Positions 40,015-48,510 of a stretch of DNA of 64,000 bases are shown here, piece after piece (position 1 is the first letter of the stretch; each line of letters starts with the position of its first letter). The stretch lies in assembly GCA_046331705.1 (NCBI GenBank), contig JAXLQJ010000010.1:1-64000 (forward strand), read 5' to 3'. The notes beneath the pieces are model-generated. The model was not told the origin of the DNA and ran no database searches. It saw nothing but the letters and a program-made list of their open reading frames with translations. The position numbers and the translations under genes are program-made. The stretch comes from a bacterium (lineage in GTDB: Bacteria > JADJOY01).

Positions 40015-40566
40015 ATGCCGATCTATTTTCCGCGGGGCTTCAACTCGGGCGAACCCGTTCGCGTGGTGGATGGGGTCACGGTGGTGCGCGGCTCGCTGGC
40101 GAAGCAGTCGGCGGCGCTACGCGTGGTGGCCGGAGCACGCGGGGCGCTGGGCGCGCTCGCGGGCCCCGGGAGCGCGACCGCCCGCCGCGTGTTGGACGCC
40201 GCCGCTCCCGGGATGCTGCGGCGGCTGCGCACGCGCCCGCGTCGACCGGGCTCGCTGCATCTCTTCGACCTCCCGAGCCCACCGACGCGCTGGCTCGGCT
40301 TTTTCGAGTATCGCGAGGTCCCGCGCACCCTCGAGGCGCTCGCGGAAGCCGTGGCGGACATCGAGCGTCACGCCGCGGAGCGCGGCGTGACCGAGGTGGC
40401 GATCGCGCCGTTCGGCGGCGCGCCCGCCGACGCCGAGCGGCTCGTGCGCGTGCTCGGGGATCGCAATCGCGGCGGCCAGCCGGCGGTGCGCTGGATCGTG
40501 GTGGTGGCCGATCGCGCTCAATTCGAGGCCGCGACGGCCGCCGGCGTCAAGGCGACCTCGCCGTAG
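40015..40566 (+). CDS. Hypothetical protein, possibly degenerate macro-domain fold
   Basis: VVRGSLAKQ at the start and GVTEVAIAPFGG near the end resemble the macrodomain G-D-I and SIAFPxxG regions. Confidence 0.45.
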   Translation: MPIYFPRGFNSGEPVRVVDGVTVVRGSLAKQSAALRVVAGARGALGALAGPGSATARRVLDAAAPGMLRRLRTRPRRPGSLHLFDLPSPPTRWLGFFEYREVPRTLEALAEAVADIERHAAERGVTEVAIAPFGGAPADAERLVRVLGDRNRGGQPAVRWIVVVADRAQFEAATAAGVKATSP

Positions 40567-42047
40567 ATCCGTCGCCACACCTCGAAGATCCGGAGGTCGT
40601 GCGCACCCCACTCCTCGGCGAGCCGGCTCGACGAGAGCGCCGGCCCCGGCGGCCGCGGCACGTAGGGCATGGGCCAGGGCCAGATCGAGGTGAGCAGGCG
40701 ACGGTTCCGCGCGACCTCGCTCGGCGTCTCGCGGGTGTAGAAGAACTTCCACGTGAGCCGCTCGTCGTCGGGAAGGTCGGCGAGCCCGCTCTCGTTTCGC
40801 GCGGCGTGTGGGAAGCGCTCGTACCAGCGCGTGTCCGGCGGCAGATCCACGGAGCCCGCGAATCGCGGCAAGATGCAGAAGAGCGCGGCCAGCGTCGTCA
40901 CCGCAGCAAGCGCGACACGACGGGTGGCGCGCGCGAGCAGCGCTTCGCCCGCGACGCCGATCCAGAGTCCCCACGGCACGAACACGAGGAGCACCGTGCT
41001 CATCTTCAGCTCTTCCCAGTTCTCCTGAAAGGCGAGGAAGAGGACGAAGAGCCAGAACCACGTCCACGTCAGCGCCGCAAGCCGCGGCGCTCTTCGGATC
41101 AGCGCCACGCTCCCCACCAGCGCGGCGGCGCCGAGCACGGCGCCGAAACAGCGCAGGAACACCAGCGGAAGCGACAGCACCGTCGGAAACGCGAAGTGCG
41201 GCGTGCGGACCCACGTGGCGTGAAACGGTCGATTCAGCAGGCCGTTGAACGGGAACTCGAGCGGCCCGAGATGGTGCGGGAAGAAGGGACGGAACCCCTC
41301 GAAGTGCGCGTATTGCGTGGGGTTGGCGAGCGGGTCGCCGTAGGCGTAGCTCTTCCACGCCATGACGGGCGCGATGGTGAGCAGCGCGCCGAGCGCGAAG
41401 AGGGCGAGCGCGCGGCCGCGCGTACGCTCGGTGGCCAGCCACACGAATAGCGCTGGGATGAAGAAGATGCTCATGTCGCGGACGCCGCCGAGGACACCCA
41501 GGACCAGCCCGGCCGCCAGCCACGAAGGCTCGGGCGTGAGCAGCAGCAGGAAGACCAGCGCAATCAGCGACAAGCTCACCAGCCCCGGGTTGAGCGTACC
41601 GAGCGCCAGGCTCATCGGGTTGAGCGCCACCAGCGCGCCGACGGGTAACGCGAGCGCCGGTCGAACCCCCGCGGCCTCGATCGCCAGGAACGCGAGCAGC
41701 GCCGCCAGCGCCAGCCCGAACGCGTGAGCGAAGCGATAGCCGGCTCGCCCCAGCGCCAGAAAGCCGAGGGCGTGGTGGATGCCGGAGCCGATCTGCTGAT
41801 CCTTGGTGGCGATCCGGAACGCGTCCGGCTGAACGAGGTCGTGGGGGAGGCGCTGCGGAGCGCGTGCCGTGTAGAGCGGCGAGCCGTCGACGTCGACGAA
41901 CTCGACGGGTGTGCCCGCGATCAGCGCCGCCGGTACCGCGATGTACGTGTCCCAGTAGCCCGTGGTGGGCCCCCGGTACGTGATGAACCCGACCGCGCCG
42001 ACGATCGCGGCGACGAGGAGCGCGGCGCAGCGCACGTTCCGAAGCAT
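40518..42047 (-). CDS. Multi-pass membrane protein, GT-C glycosyltransferase-like
   Basis: About 12 hydrophobic segments, acidic first loop (YWDTY), YGDP loop. Confidence 0.6.
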   Translation of the reverse strand: MLRNVRCAALLVAAIVGAVGFITYRGPTTGYWDTYIAVPAALIAGTPVEFVDVDGSPLYTARAPQRLPHDLVQPDAFRIATKDQQIGSGIHHALGFLALGRAGYRFAHAFGLALAALLAFLAIEAAGVRPALALPVGALVALNPMSLALGTLNPGLVSLSLIALVFLLLLTPEPSWLAAGLVLGVLGGVRDMSIFFIPALFVWLATERTRGRALALFALGALLTIAPVMAWKSYAYGDPLANPTQYAHFEGFRPFFPHHLGPLEFPFNGLLNRPFHATWVRTPHFAFPTVLSLPLVFLRCFGAVLGAAALVGSVALIRRAPRLAALTWTWFWLFVLFLAFQENWEELKMSTVLLVFVPWGLWIGVAGEALLARATRRVALAAVTTLAALFCILPRFAGSVDLPPDTRWYERFPHAARNESGLADLPDDERLTWKFFYTRETPSEVARNRRLLTSIWPWPMPYVPRPPGPALSSSRLAEEWGAHDLRIFEVWRRIYGEVALTPAAVAASN

Positions 42048-42124
42048 GAATCGAGGGTGCCGAGCGCGCCGATCCCGGCGCGCATCCAGCGGCAGCGCGA
42101 TTCAACCACGGATGCGGTCGAGAA

Positions 42125-42730
42125 TCAGCGAACCGGCGCGCGTACCAACCCGACCACCACGCCTTGGAGCGCCACCTCGCGCGCGACGATCGGCGCGTAG
42201 CTTGGGTTCTCGGCGACCAAGCGGACCTGGTCCGCGTCCTTGAAGAAGCGCTTCAGCGTGGCTTCGCCGTCGGCGAGCAGCGCCACGACGATCTCGCCAT
42301 TCCGAGCGACGTTGCGCTTCTCGACGATCACGTAATCGCCTTCGAGGATTCCCGCATCGATCATCGAATCGCCGCGAACCTGCAGCGCGAAACGGCCCGA
42401 GCCCTCGAAGAGCGAGGGGACATCCAGCGTGTCTTGCTGCTCGATGGCTTCGATGGGGCGACCTGCGGCGATGCGGCCGGCGAGCGGTAGCACGCCGGGA
42501 CGATCCAGCTCGCCCGTGTCCGGATCGAGGACCTCGATGGAGCGAGCGAGGCCACGATCACGATTGATGGCGCCCTTCTTCTCGAGCGCGCGCAGGAAGC
42601 CGTGTACCCCATTCGTGGAGCGGATGCCGAACTCCTCGCCGATCTCGCGTACCGTCGGCGGGAAGCCGCGCTCGCGGATCCGGGCGCGAATGAAGTCGAG
42701 GATCTTCTGCTGGCGGACCGTCAGATTCAT
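42125..42730 (-). CDS. lexA: SOS repressor LexA
   Basis: GFPPTVREIG wHTH, IAAG cleavage site, GDSM (Ser), ATLKRF (Lys). Confidence 0.95.
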   Translation of the reverse strand: MNLTVRQQKILDFIRARIRERGFPPTVREIGEEFGIRSTNGVHGFLRALEKKGAINRDRGLARSIEVLDPDTGELDRPGVLPLAGRIAAGRPIEAIEQQDTLDVPSLFEGSGRFALQVRGDSMIDAGILEGDYVIVEKRNVARNGEIVVALLADGEATLKRFFKDADQVRLVAENPSYAPIVAREVALQGVVVGLVRAPVR

Positions 42731-43302
42731 GTCAGATCCGCCCACGTCTCGCCCGCTCGCGCGAGCTGGGCGGCGGCCGGCACTTCGCTGTCCGAAGTCG
42801 CGCAGGGCGCTTCACCGTGGTTGGATTCGCCGAGTGGCAACGACGGCGCGGGCCGCGTCCGCTTGCGCTTCTGCCAGAGCCGCGCCTGGCGCAGCGCCGC
42901 ACGCTTGCCGCTGCGATTGGCGTCGCGCTCGACGTTGCCGTCGACCACGAAGCGCCGGCACGAGAGGCACTTGCTCATGATGGTGCCGTCCGGGAAGCGC
43001 AGCACGAAGAGGTGCTTCTGAGCGCAGTGCTCGCACACGAACGGTCCGCCCGACGAACGACGCGCCGCCCGGACCGTGTTCCCCGGGGCCGGAACGACGA
43101 GCGGCTGCGTGGCGGGCTCGTCTGGCGCCGGTTCGCCGATGCCGGTTGCGGGATCCACGATCCAGCGCCGTCCGCTGGCGAGGTTGCGGGTGATGAGGAG
43201 CCGCCCATCGACGCCGCGTGCGCGGACGCCTTCGACGTGCATGCCCATGTGCTTGAGCTCGCTCGAGCCCGCGTTCCGAGTGGATGCTGGATGGGTGTTC
43301 AT
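42727..43302 (-). CDS. Hypothetical zinc-ribbon protein translationally coupled to lexA
   Basis: CEHC...CLSC. Its TGA overlaps the lexA ATG (ATGA). Lies directly behind a strong promoter. Confidence 0.6.
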   Translation of the reverse strand: MNTHPASTRNAGSSELKHMGMHVEGVRARGVDGRLLITRNLASGRRWIVDPATGIGEPAPDEPATQPLVVPAPGNTVRAARRSSGGPFVCEHCAQKHLFVLRFPDGTIMSKCLSCRRFVVDGNVERDANRSGKRAALRQARLWQKRKRTRPAPSLPLGESNHGEAPCATSDSEVPAAAQLARAGETWADLT

Positions 43303-43342
43303 GGTGAACGCGAGTTTAGTGGACGAGCGTTCACCATGTCAA
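43287..43342 (-). promoter_or_regulatory. sigma70 promoter with three candidate LexA boxes
   Basis: Minus-strand TTGACA(43342-43337)-N18-TAAACT(43318-43313). Boxes on + strand: CTGGAT-N4-GTTCAT, GTGAAC-N4-GTTTAG, GTGGAC-N4-GTTCAC. Confidence 0.75.
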
Positions 43343-43379
43343 GCCCGACGTGGCGCACGCCGCGTGGGAGACTTGCCGA

Positions 43380-44129
43380 TCAGCCGGCGGCAGATTGGGC
43401 GCATCGCGCGCGCAGCTCGGCGACGCGATTCGAGATGATTCCGTCGACGCCGCGGTCGATGAGCTCGTTCGCGACGGTCGGGTCGTCGACCGTCCAGACG
43501 AGCACCCGCAGCCCCAGCGTTCGAGCACGCGCGACGAGCGCGGGGGTGGCGAGGTCGAAGCGCGGATGGACGAAGGACGCGCCCACCCGTCGCGCGTCCG
43601 CGTCGAGCGTCACGGGCGGCTCCTCGTACAGGAGGCCGATCGGCAACTCGGCATCGAGCGCGCGCAGCTCGTCGAGGTGCGCGAAGCGAAACGACGAGAC
43701 GAGCACGCGCTCGCGCGCTTCCGCGCTTCGCACCAGGTCGACCACGGCGCGGGCGAGCCCCGCGCCGGCCTTGCCCTTGAGCTCGACGTTGATCGGCACC
43801 CGCGGCGCGATGCGTGCGAGCACGTCGGCGAGGCGCGGCACGGGCTCGCCGCGAAAACGCGGGTCGAACCACCCGCCGGCGTCCAGCCGCGCGAGCTCGT
43901 CCGCGCTGCGCTCCCAGACGTGACCGTCGGCGCCGGCCGTGCGCGCGAGCGTGGCGTCGTGGATCACCACCACCTCGCCGTCGCGGCTCAACCGCACGTC
44001 GAGCTCGATCGCGTCGGCGCCCTGCCGCACCGCTTCCTCGAACGCCGCCATGGTGTTCTCGGGACGGTCCGCGGAAGCGCCGCGGTGCGCCACCCACGCC
44101 ATTCGGGTCTCGGAAAGAAAGGCGCTCAT
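43380..44129 (-). CDS. Glycerophosphodiester phosphodiesterase
   Basis: AHRGAS, PENT, IELDV, HD, NVELK, WTVD. Confidence 0.92.
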   Translation of the reverse strand: MSAFLSETRMAWVAHRGASADRPENTMAAFEEAVRQGADAIELDVRLSRDGEVVVIHDATLARTAGADGHVWERSADELARLDAGGWFDPRFRGEPVPRLADVLARIAPRVPINVELKGKAGAGLARAVVDLVRSAEARERVLVSSFRFAHLDELRALDAELPIGLLYEEPPVTLDADARRVGASFVHPRFDLATPALVARARTLGLRVLVWTVDDPTVANELIDRGVDGIISNRVAELRARCAQSAAG

Positions 44130-44209
44130 CGGCGATTGACTCCGGGAGGGGCGCCTCGTTAATTGCTCGCGACCTCGCTGCGAGGTGCGCGAACCGGGGA
44201 GGCGTGATC

Positions 44210-44740
44210 GTGCCGATCTACGAGTTCTACTGCCAAGACTGCCACAGGATCTTCAACTTCTTCTCGGCGGGCGTGAACACCACCAAGAGGCCCACCTGCC
44301 CGCGCTGTCAGAAGCGCACGCTCGAGCGCCAGCTGTCGCGCTTCGCCACCGTGAAGAGCATTGGCGACGCGGGCGGCGGCGGCGATGCCGGCGAGCGCGA
44401 TGCCGGCAGCTTCGACGAGGCGCGCATGGAACGCGCGATGGAGACCTTCGCCCGCGAGGCCGAGGGCTTGAACGAGGACGATCCTCGCCAGGCCGCCCAG
44501 ATGATGCGTCGGCTGTCGGAGATGGCGGGCATGAACATCGGTCCCGGCATGGAAGAGGCCCTGAAGCGCATCGAGGCGGGCGAGGACCCCGAATCCGTCG
44601 AATCCGAGATGGGCGACCTGCTCGAGGGCGAGGATCCGTTCGTGCCCGGCGCGGAGAAGGCGGGCGACTCCGCGGCGCCGCGCACCGCCCCCACGCGCTC
44701 GCGGCTACCGGCTCGGGACGAAAAGCTCTATACCTTGTGA
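44210..44740 (+). CDS. FmdB-family zinc-ribbon protein
   Basis: MPIYEFYCQDC...CPRC...LERQLSRF, DPRQAA.MMR tail. Confidence 0.85.
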   Translation: MPIYEFYCQDCHRIFNFFSAGVNTTKRPTCPRCQKRTLERQLSRFATVKSIGDAGGGGDAGERDAGSFDEARMERAMETFAREAEGLNEDDPRQAAQMMRRLSEMAGMNIGPGMEEALKRIEAGEDPESVESEMGDLLEGEDPFVPGAEKAGDSAAPRTAPTRSRLPARDEKLYTL

Positions 44741-44799
44741 GCCGTCGCACGATCGCTCGTCGCGATCGGCCGCGCGTCCATCACGGGGAGCGTCGCCTC

Positions 44800-46008
44800 A
44801 TGACATCGAACCGCAGCGTCTGGTTGGCAGCCCTCGTTGCCGTGTCGCTCGCCGTGGCGTGTGGAGGAGGCGGGGGCGGCGGTGGTGGTGACGGAGGGGG
44901 CGGCGGCGGCGACGATCTGGGCGAAGCGAACGCGTTTCGCCTGGTGGAGCTCGGGACCTTCCCGCTCGGCTCGACGGTGCAGGCGGGCGGACGATCGTTC
45001 GCCGCCACCGCGCCGATCTCCGCGAAGATCGCGAGCGACACCGTGTCGTTCGCGCTGCTCACCGATCTCACCGACAGCGGTGCCGCGGATCGCCTCGGCA
45101 CGATCGCCGACGTGGTGAGCCCGTCGGGCGAGCTGCTCACGCCCGGGAGCAATCTCGATCAGTTCCAGGACGGCCCGCTCAAGCCGAGCTTCGACTACGG
45201 CGCCAACGGGCTGCTGATCCCGAAGTCGCCGAGCGGCCTGCCGCAAGCGGGCACCTACACCTTCCGCGTGATCCGCGACGGCAGCAGCAATCGCTCGGTC
45301 CCCGTCGCGGTGGCCGTGCGGCGCGGCAAGATCACCGGGCGCCGCATCCCGTGCAACGTGTTCGTGCACGATCAATCGGGCCTCAAGCCCGAGGACCTGG
45401 GCGGCGTCATGGATCGGATCAACCAGATCTACGCGCAAGCCGGGCTCACGCTCGACCCCATCGAGTTCTTCACCGGCGGCGATGCCGGCAACGCCGTGAT
45501 CCGAAACCCCGGCAGTCCCGGCTCGAACCTGCCTTCGTTGCTCTCGATCCCCGCACCCCAGGAAGACGCGCTCACGTTCTGGTTGCTCCAGGACGTGACC
45601 GATTCGAGCGTCGACCAAGATCTCACCCTCCTCGGTCTGGCGCTCGGCATCCCCGGCTCGTACGGCTGGCCGCGGTCCAGCGACAACGGCGTGCTCGTCT
45701 CGGTGGCCGGTCACACCGGGCCGCTGGGTCTGGTGGTGGACGCCGAGCTGCTCGCGGTCACGATGGCGCACGAGGGCGGCCACTGGTTGGGCCTGAATCA
45801 CACCAGCGAGTTCGACGGCAGCGCGCACGACCCCATCGGCGACACGCCGGAGTGCTTCATCACCGCCGACGCCAACGGCAACACGCGTCTGGATCCCGAC
45901 GAGTGCCCGGACGCGCCGAACCTGATGTTCTGGACCGGTACGTCGAACGACGATCTCAGTCGCGATCAGGACATCGTCCTGCAACGGAACCCGATCGCCG
46001 TGCCGTGA
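44800..46008 (+). CDS. Lipoprotein metzincin metallopeptidase (M43/pappalysin-like)
   Basis: Lipobox LAVAC, poly-Gly tether, HEGGHWLGLNH, DTP, Met-turn NLMFW. Confidence 0.82.
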   Translation: MTSNRSVWLAALVAVSLAVACGGGGGGGGGDGGGGGGDDLGEANAFRLVELGTFPLGSTVQAGGRSFAATAPISAKIASDTVSFALLTDLTDSGAADRLGTIADVVSPSGELLTPGSNLDQFQDGPLKPSFDYGANGLLIPKSPSGLPQAGTYTFRVIRDGSSNRSVPVAVAVRRGKITGRRIPCNVFVHDQSGLKPEDLGGVMDRINQIYAQAGLTLDPIEFFTGGDAGNAVIRNPGSPGSNLPSLLSIPAPQEDALTFWLLQDVTDSSVDQDLTLLGLALGIPGSYGWPRSSDNGVLVSVAGHTGPLGLVVDAELLAVTMAHEGGHWLGLNHTSEFDGSAHDPIGDTPECFITADANGNTRLDPDECPDAPNLMFWTGTSNDDLSRDQDIVLQRNPIAVP

Positions 46009-46038
46009 CGTTCCACGGCGCGCCGGAGCTTACGACCG

Positions 46039-46602
46039 ATGAAACGCTTGCAAACCTTGGCGTTGGTGATCATGGGGACGACGCTCGTGTTCTGTTCGAC
46101 CACGCATGGCGGTGAAGACACCGTGTCGCGGGTGCGCGCGCGGCTGGGGCAGGGCTACGAGCAAGCGCCGACCTCCGGCGAGATCGAAGCGCTCGGGCCG
46201 GACGTCGGCGTTGCGCTGCTCGAGATCTACCGCGACCCCGCGAGCCCCATGCTCCACAAGATGCGGGCCCTCGACTTGCTCGGGAGCTATCCCAGCGAGG
46301 ACTTGAAGACGCTGCTCGACGCCGAGTCCGCGCGCACCGATCTCCCGCCCGCGCTCGCCCGCCGCGTCCTGGCGGTCGCGATCCGCGCCTACGGCGATCG
46401 TGAGCCAGCCGTCGCCGAACGCGTCTGGCAAGCCAACGCGGCGAGCGCCGACGCCACCGTCCGCTACGACGCCGCCCAGTCGCTCATCAAGCTTCGACCC
46501 AGCGCCGCGCTGATCGCCACCGCGCGGCAGCGCGCCACGAGCGAGATCGACGCCACCGTGCGCGCCGAGCTCGACAAGGCGCTCGCCGCCGTGCCCCGCT
46601 GA
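46039..46602 (+). CDS. Small exported HEAT-like repeat protein
   Basis: Signal-like N-terminus, RALDLLG, DATVRYDAAQSL, DATVRAEL. Confidence 0.65.
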   Translation: MKRLQTLALVIMGTTLVFCSTTHGGEDTVSRVRARLGQGYEQAPTSGEIEALGPDVGVALLEIYRDPASPMLHKMRALDLLGSYPSEDLKTLLDAESARTDLPPALARRVLAVAIRAYGDREPAVAERVWQANAASADATVRYDAAQSLIKLRPSAALIATARQRATSEIDATVRAELDKALAAVPR

Positions 46603-46646
46603 GCGCGGTCGCTCCGCCGCTTCAAGCTCGCCTGGAGGCGCGAACC

Positions 46647-46781
46647 CGAACCTACCTCCACCCGCCCACCGGCGCTCGCCGCCGCCACCAGCTGCACGAA
46701 TCCGTGCGCCAGTGCGCCGTCTCCATCGCCGTGGTCTGCGCGCGCCTCTCGAAACGCGCCACCTGCCACACCCTCCGCCAC
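46647..46781 (+). pseudogene. intI: Integron-integrase-like (IntI) internal fragment
   Basis: Manual translation [45 protein letters not shown] matches the IntI-specific RRHH.HES segment and the following CHTLRH motif. No start codon. Confidence 0.75.
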
Positions 46782-46821
46782 TATACCGAGTACCGGGTTG
46801 TGCCGAGCTCGGCATGACCCC
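46782..46821. mobile_element. 40-bp insertion scar containing a 26-bp palindrome, splitting the recombinase RH-SFATH motif
   Basis: GGGTTGTGCCGAG/CTCGGCATGACCC (46795-46820, two mismatches). CCAC repeated at 46778-46781 and 46821-46824. Confidence 0.65.
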
Positions 46822-46950
46822 CACAGCTTCGCGACACACCTGCTCGAAAGCGGCACCGACCTGCGCACCATTCAGACCGTGCTCGGGCACTCGTCGCTCG
46901 GCACCACGGTGATCTACCTGCACGTCGCGGCCGGGGCGCTCGAGGTCCGC
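46822..46950 (+). pseudogene. Tyrosine recombinase C-terminal fragment
   Basis: [35 protein letters not shown] (box II, catalytic Tyr). End coordinate approximate. Confidence 0.85.
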
Positions 46951-46990
46951 GCTCGCGGCGCGAGCGAACCTCTTCGGCGATCAGCGCCGC

Positions 46991-48084
46991 GTGCTGCGCG
47001 ATCTCGCCGCGTGCCGCACGGCGGCGCTCGGTGGACATCGATTCGAATGCGAGCGCTGCGGCCACGTCGATCTCTCCTACAACTCCTGCCGCAACCGTCA
47101 CTGCCCGCGCTGCCAGCGCACCGCGCAGGCCACGTGGTTCGCCGACCGCGAGCGCGAGCTGCTCCCGGTTCCGTACTTTCACGTGGTCTTCACGATTCCC
47201 GACGAGCTGGCGCCCGTAGCGCTCGCCAACCCGCGGCACGTGTACGGGCTGCTCTTTCACGCCGCGGCGGACACGCTCACCACCATCGGCCGCGATCCCA
47301 AGCGTCTCGGCGCCGACATCGGCTTCCTCGCCGTGCTCCACACCTGGGGGCAGACGCTCCGGCACCACCCGCACGTTCACTGCGTCGTGCCCGGCGGTGG
47401 ACTGGCTCCGATCACCAGCGCTGGATCGCCAGCCGCAAACGCTTCTTCCTGCCGGTCCGAGTCCTGAGCCGCGCCTTTCGAACCCGATTCCTGCGCGGGC
47501 TGGCCCAGCTTCGCGATCGTGGTGCGCTTCGGTTCGGCGGCGCGATCACACCGCTGGCCGCCGCCGATTCCTGGAGCGCGCTCCTCGACGCGATGCGCGC
47601 GAAGGAATGGGTGGTGTACGCCAAGCCCCCCTTCGGCGGGCCGCGTCAGGTGCTGCGCTACCTCGCCCGCTACACCCACCGCATCGCCATCGGTAACGAC
47701 CGCATCCTCGCCCTCGACAACGACCACGTCGCCTTCCGGTACAAGGACTCGGCCCATGCGCGACGCCCGCGCACGATGCGGCTTCCGGCGGTGACCTTTC
47801 TCCGACAGTTCTTGTTGCACGCGCTGCCGTCCGGCTTCATGCGCATCCAGCATTACGGCTTCCTGGCGAACCGAGCGCGGAAGACGCTCCTACCGCTGGC
47901 GCAGCGGCTCGCGGCACGGGACACGACGCCGACCCCGGAGTCCCCGAGTACGCGTCCGGTCGAACCCGTGGCGCAGCGCGCTCCCCGTCGCTGTCCGGCC
48001 TGCGGCGAGAGCGCGTGGCTGGTCGTCGCCGTCGTTGCGCCCGAGCCCGCGAGGGCCTCATCGCTCCCTCTCGACACCTCCTGA
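46991..48084 (+). pseudogene. IS91-family HUH (Y2) transposase, 5'-truncated and frameshifted near 47400-47420
   Basis: First frame: [24 protein letters not shown] Zn domain and HTWGQ..HPHVH. Second frame: [34 protein letters not shown]. Confidence 0.9.
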
Positions 48085-48349
48085 GCACCGAGCCGCCATC
48101 CGTGATCACGATCCTGCCCCGTGCGCCTGACGTCGTCTCTCCCGGTCCAGCGACCGGATCGGGAACGCTCCGCCCAGCCGGCTCCGCAGCCGCCCTCGGC
48201 AAGCGATCTCTTCGCCGGATCCAACACACGAACCGTGCGACTCCAGCCGTCCGGGCATCCACCATCCCGCCCGACGCCCTTGACCGCGGGACCGTCCTCC
48301 TCAACAATCCCCATAGGGAAAGACGCCTAAGGCCTCCCACCGCGGTCTA

Positions 48350-48449
48350 GTCCAACGGGATCCTATCCAGACCGCTCGGGGCCGGCTCTCACCCCGGACG
48401 ACGCACAACCTCGGCCCGAGCACCCTGGATAGAATCCTTTTCGTTGGCG
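48350..48449 (+). repeat. attC-like imperfect hairpin at the end of the IS91-like unit
   Basis: GTCCAAC (RYYYAAC) ... GGATCCTATCCAG / CTGGATAGAATCC ... GTTGGCG, with inner arms GCTCGGG/CCCGAGC. Confidence 0.6.
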
Positions 48450-48510
48450 CGCAACCATGTTTAACCAAGCCACTGCAGGGCGCCGCATGCGCTCCACGCT
48501 ATAGTTGACG

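Noticed and set aside
46798-48084. 428-aa ORF as a genuine recombinase-transposase fusion
   Set aside because: Its middle is off-frame. The Zn-finger and HUH motifs lie in another frame (46991-47467), so it is an accidental read-through of two broken genes.
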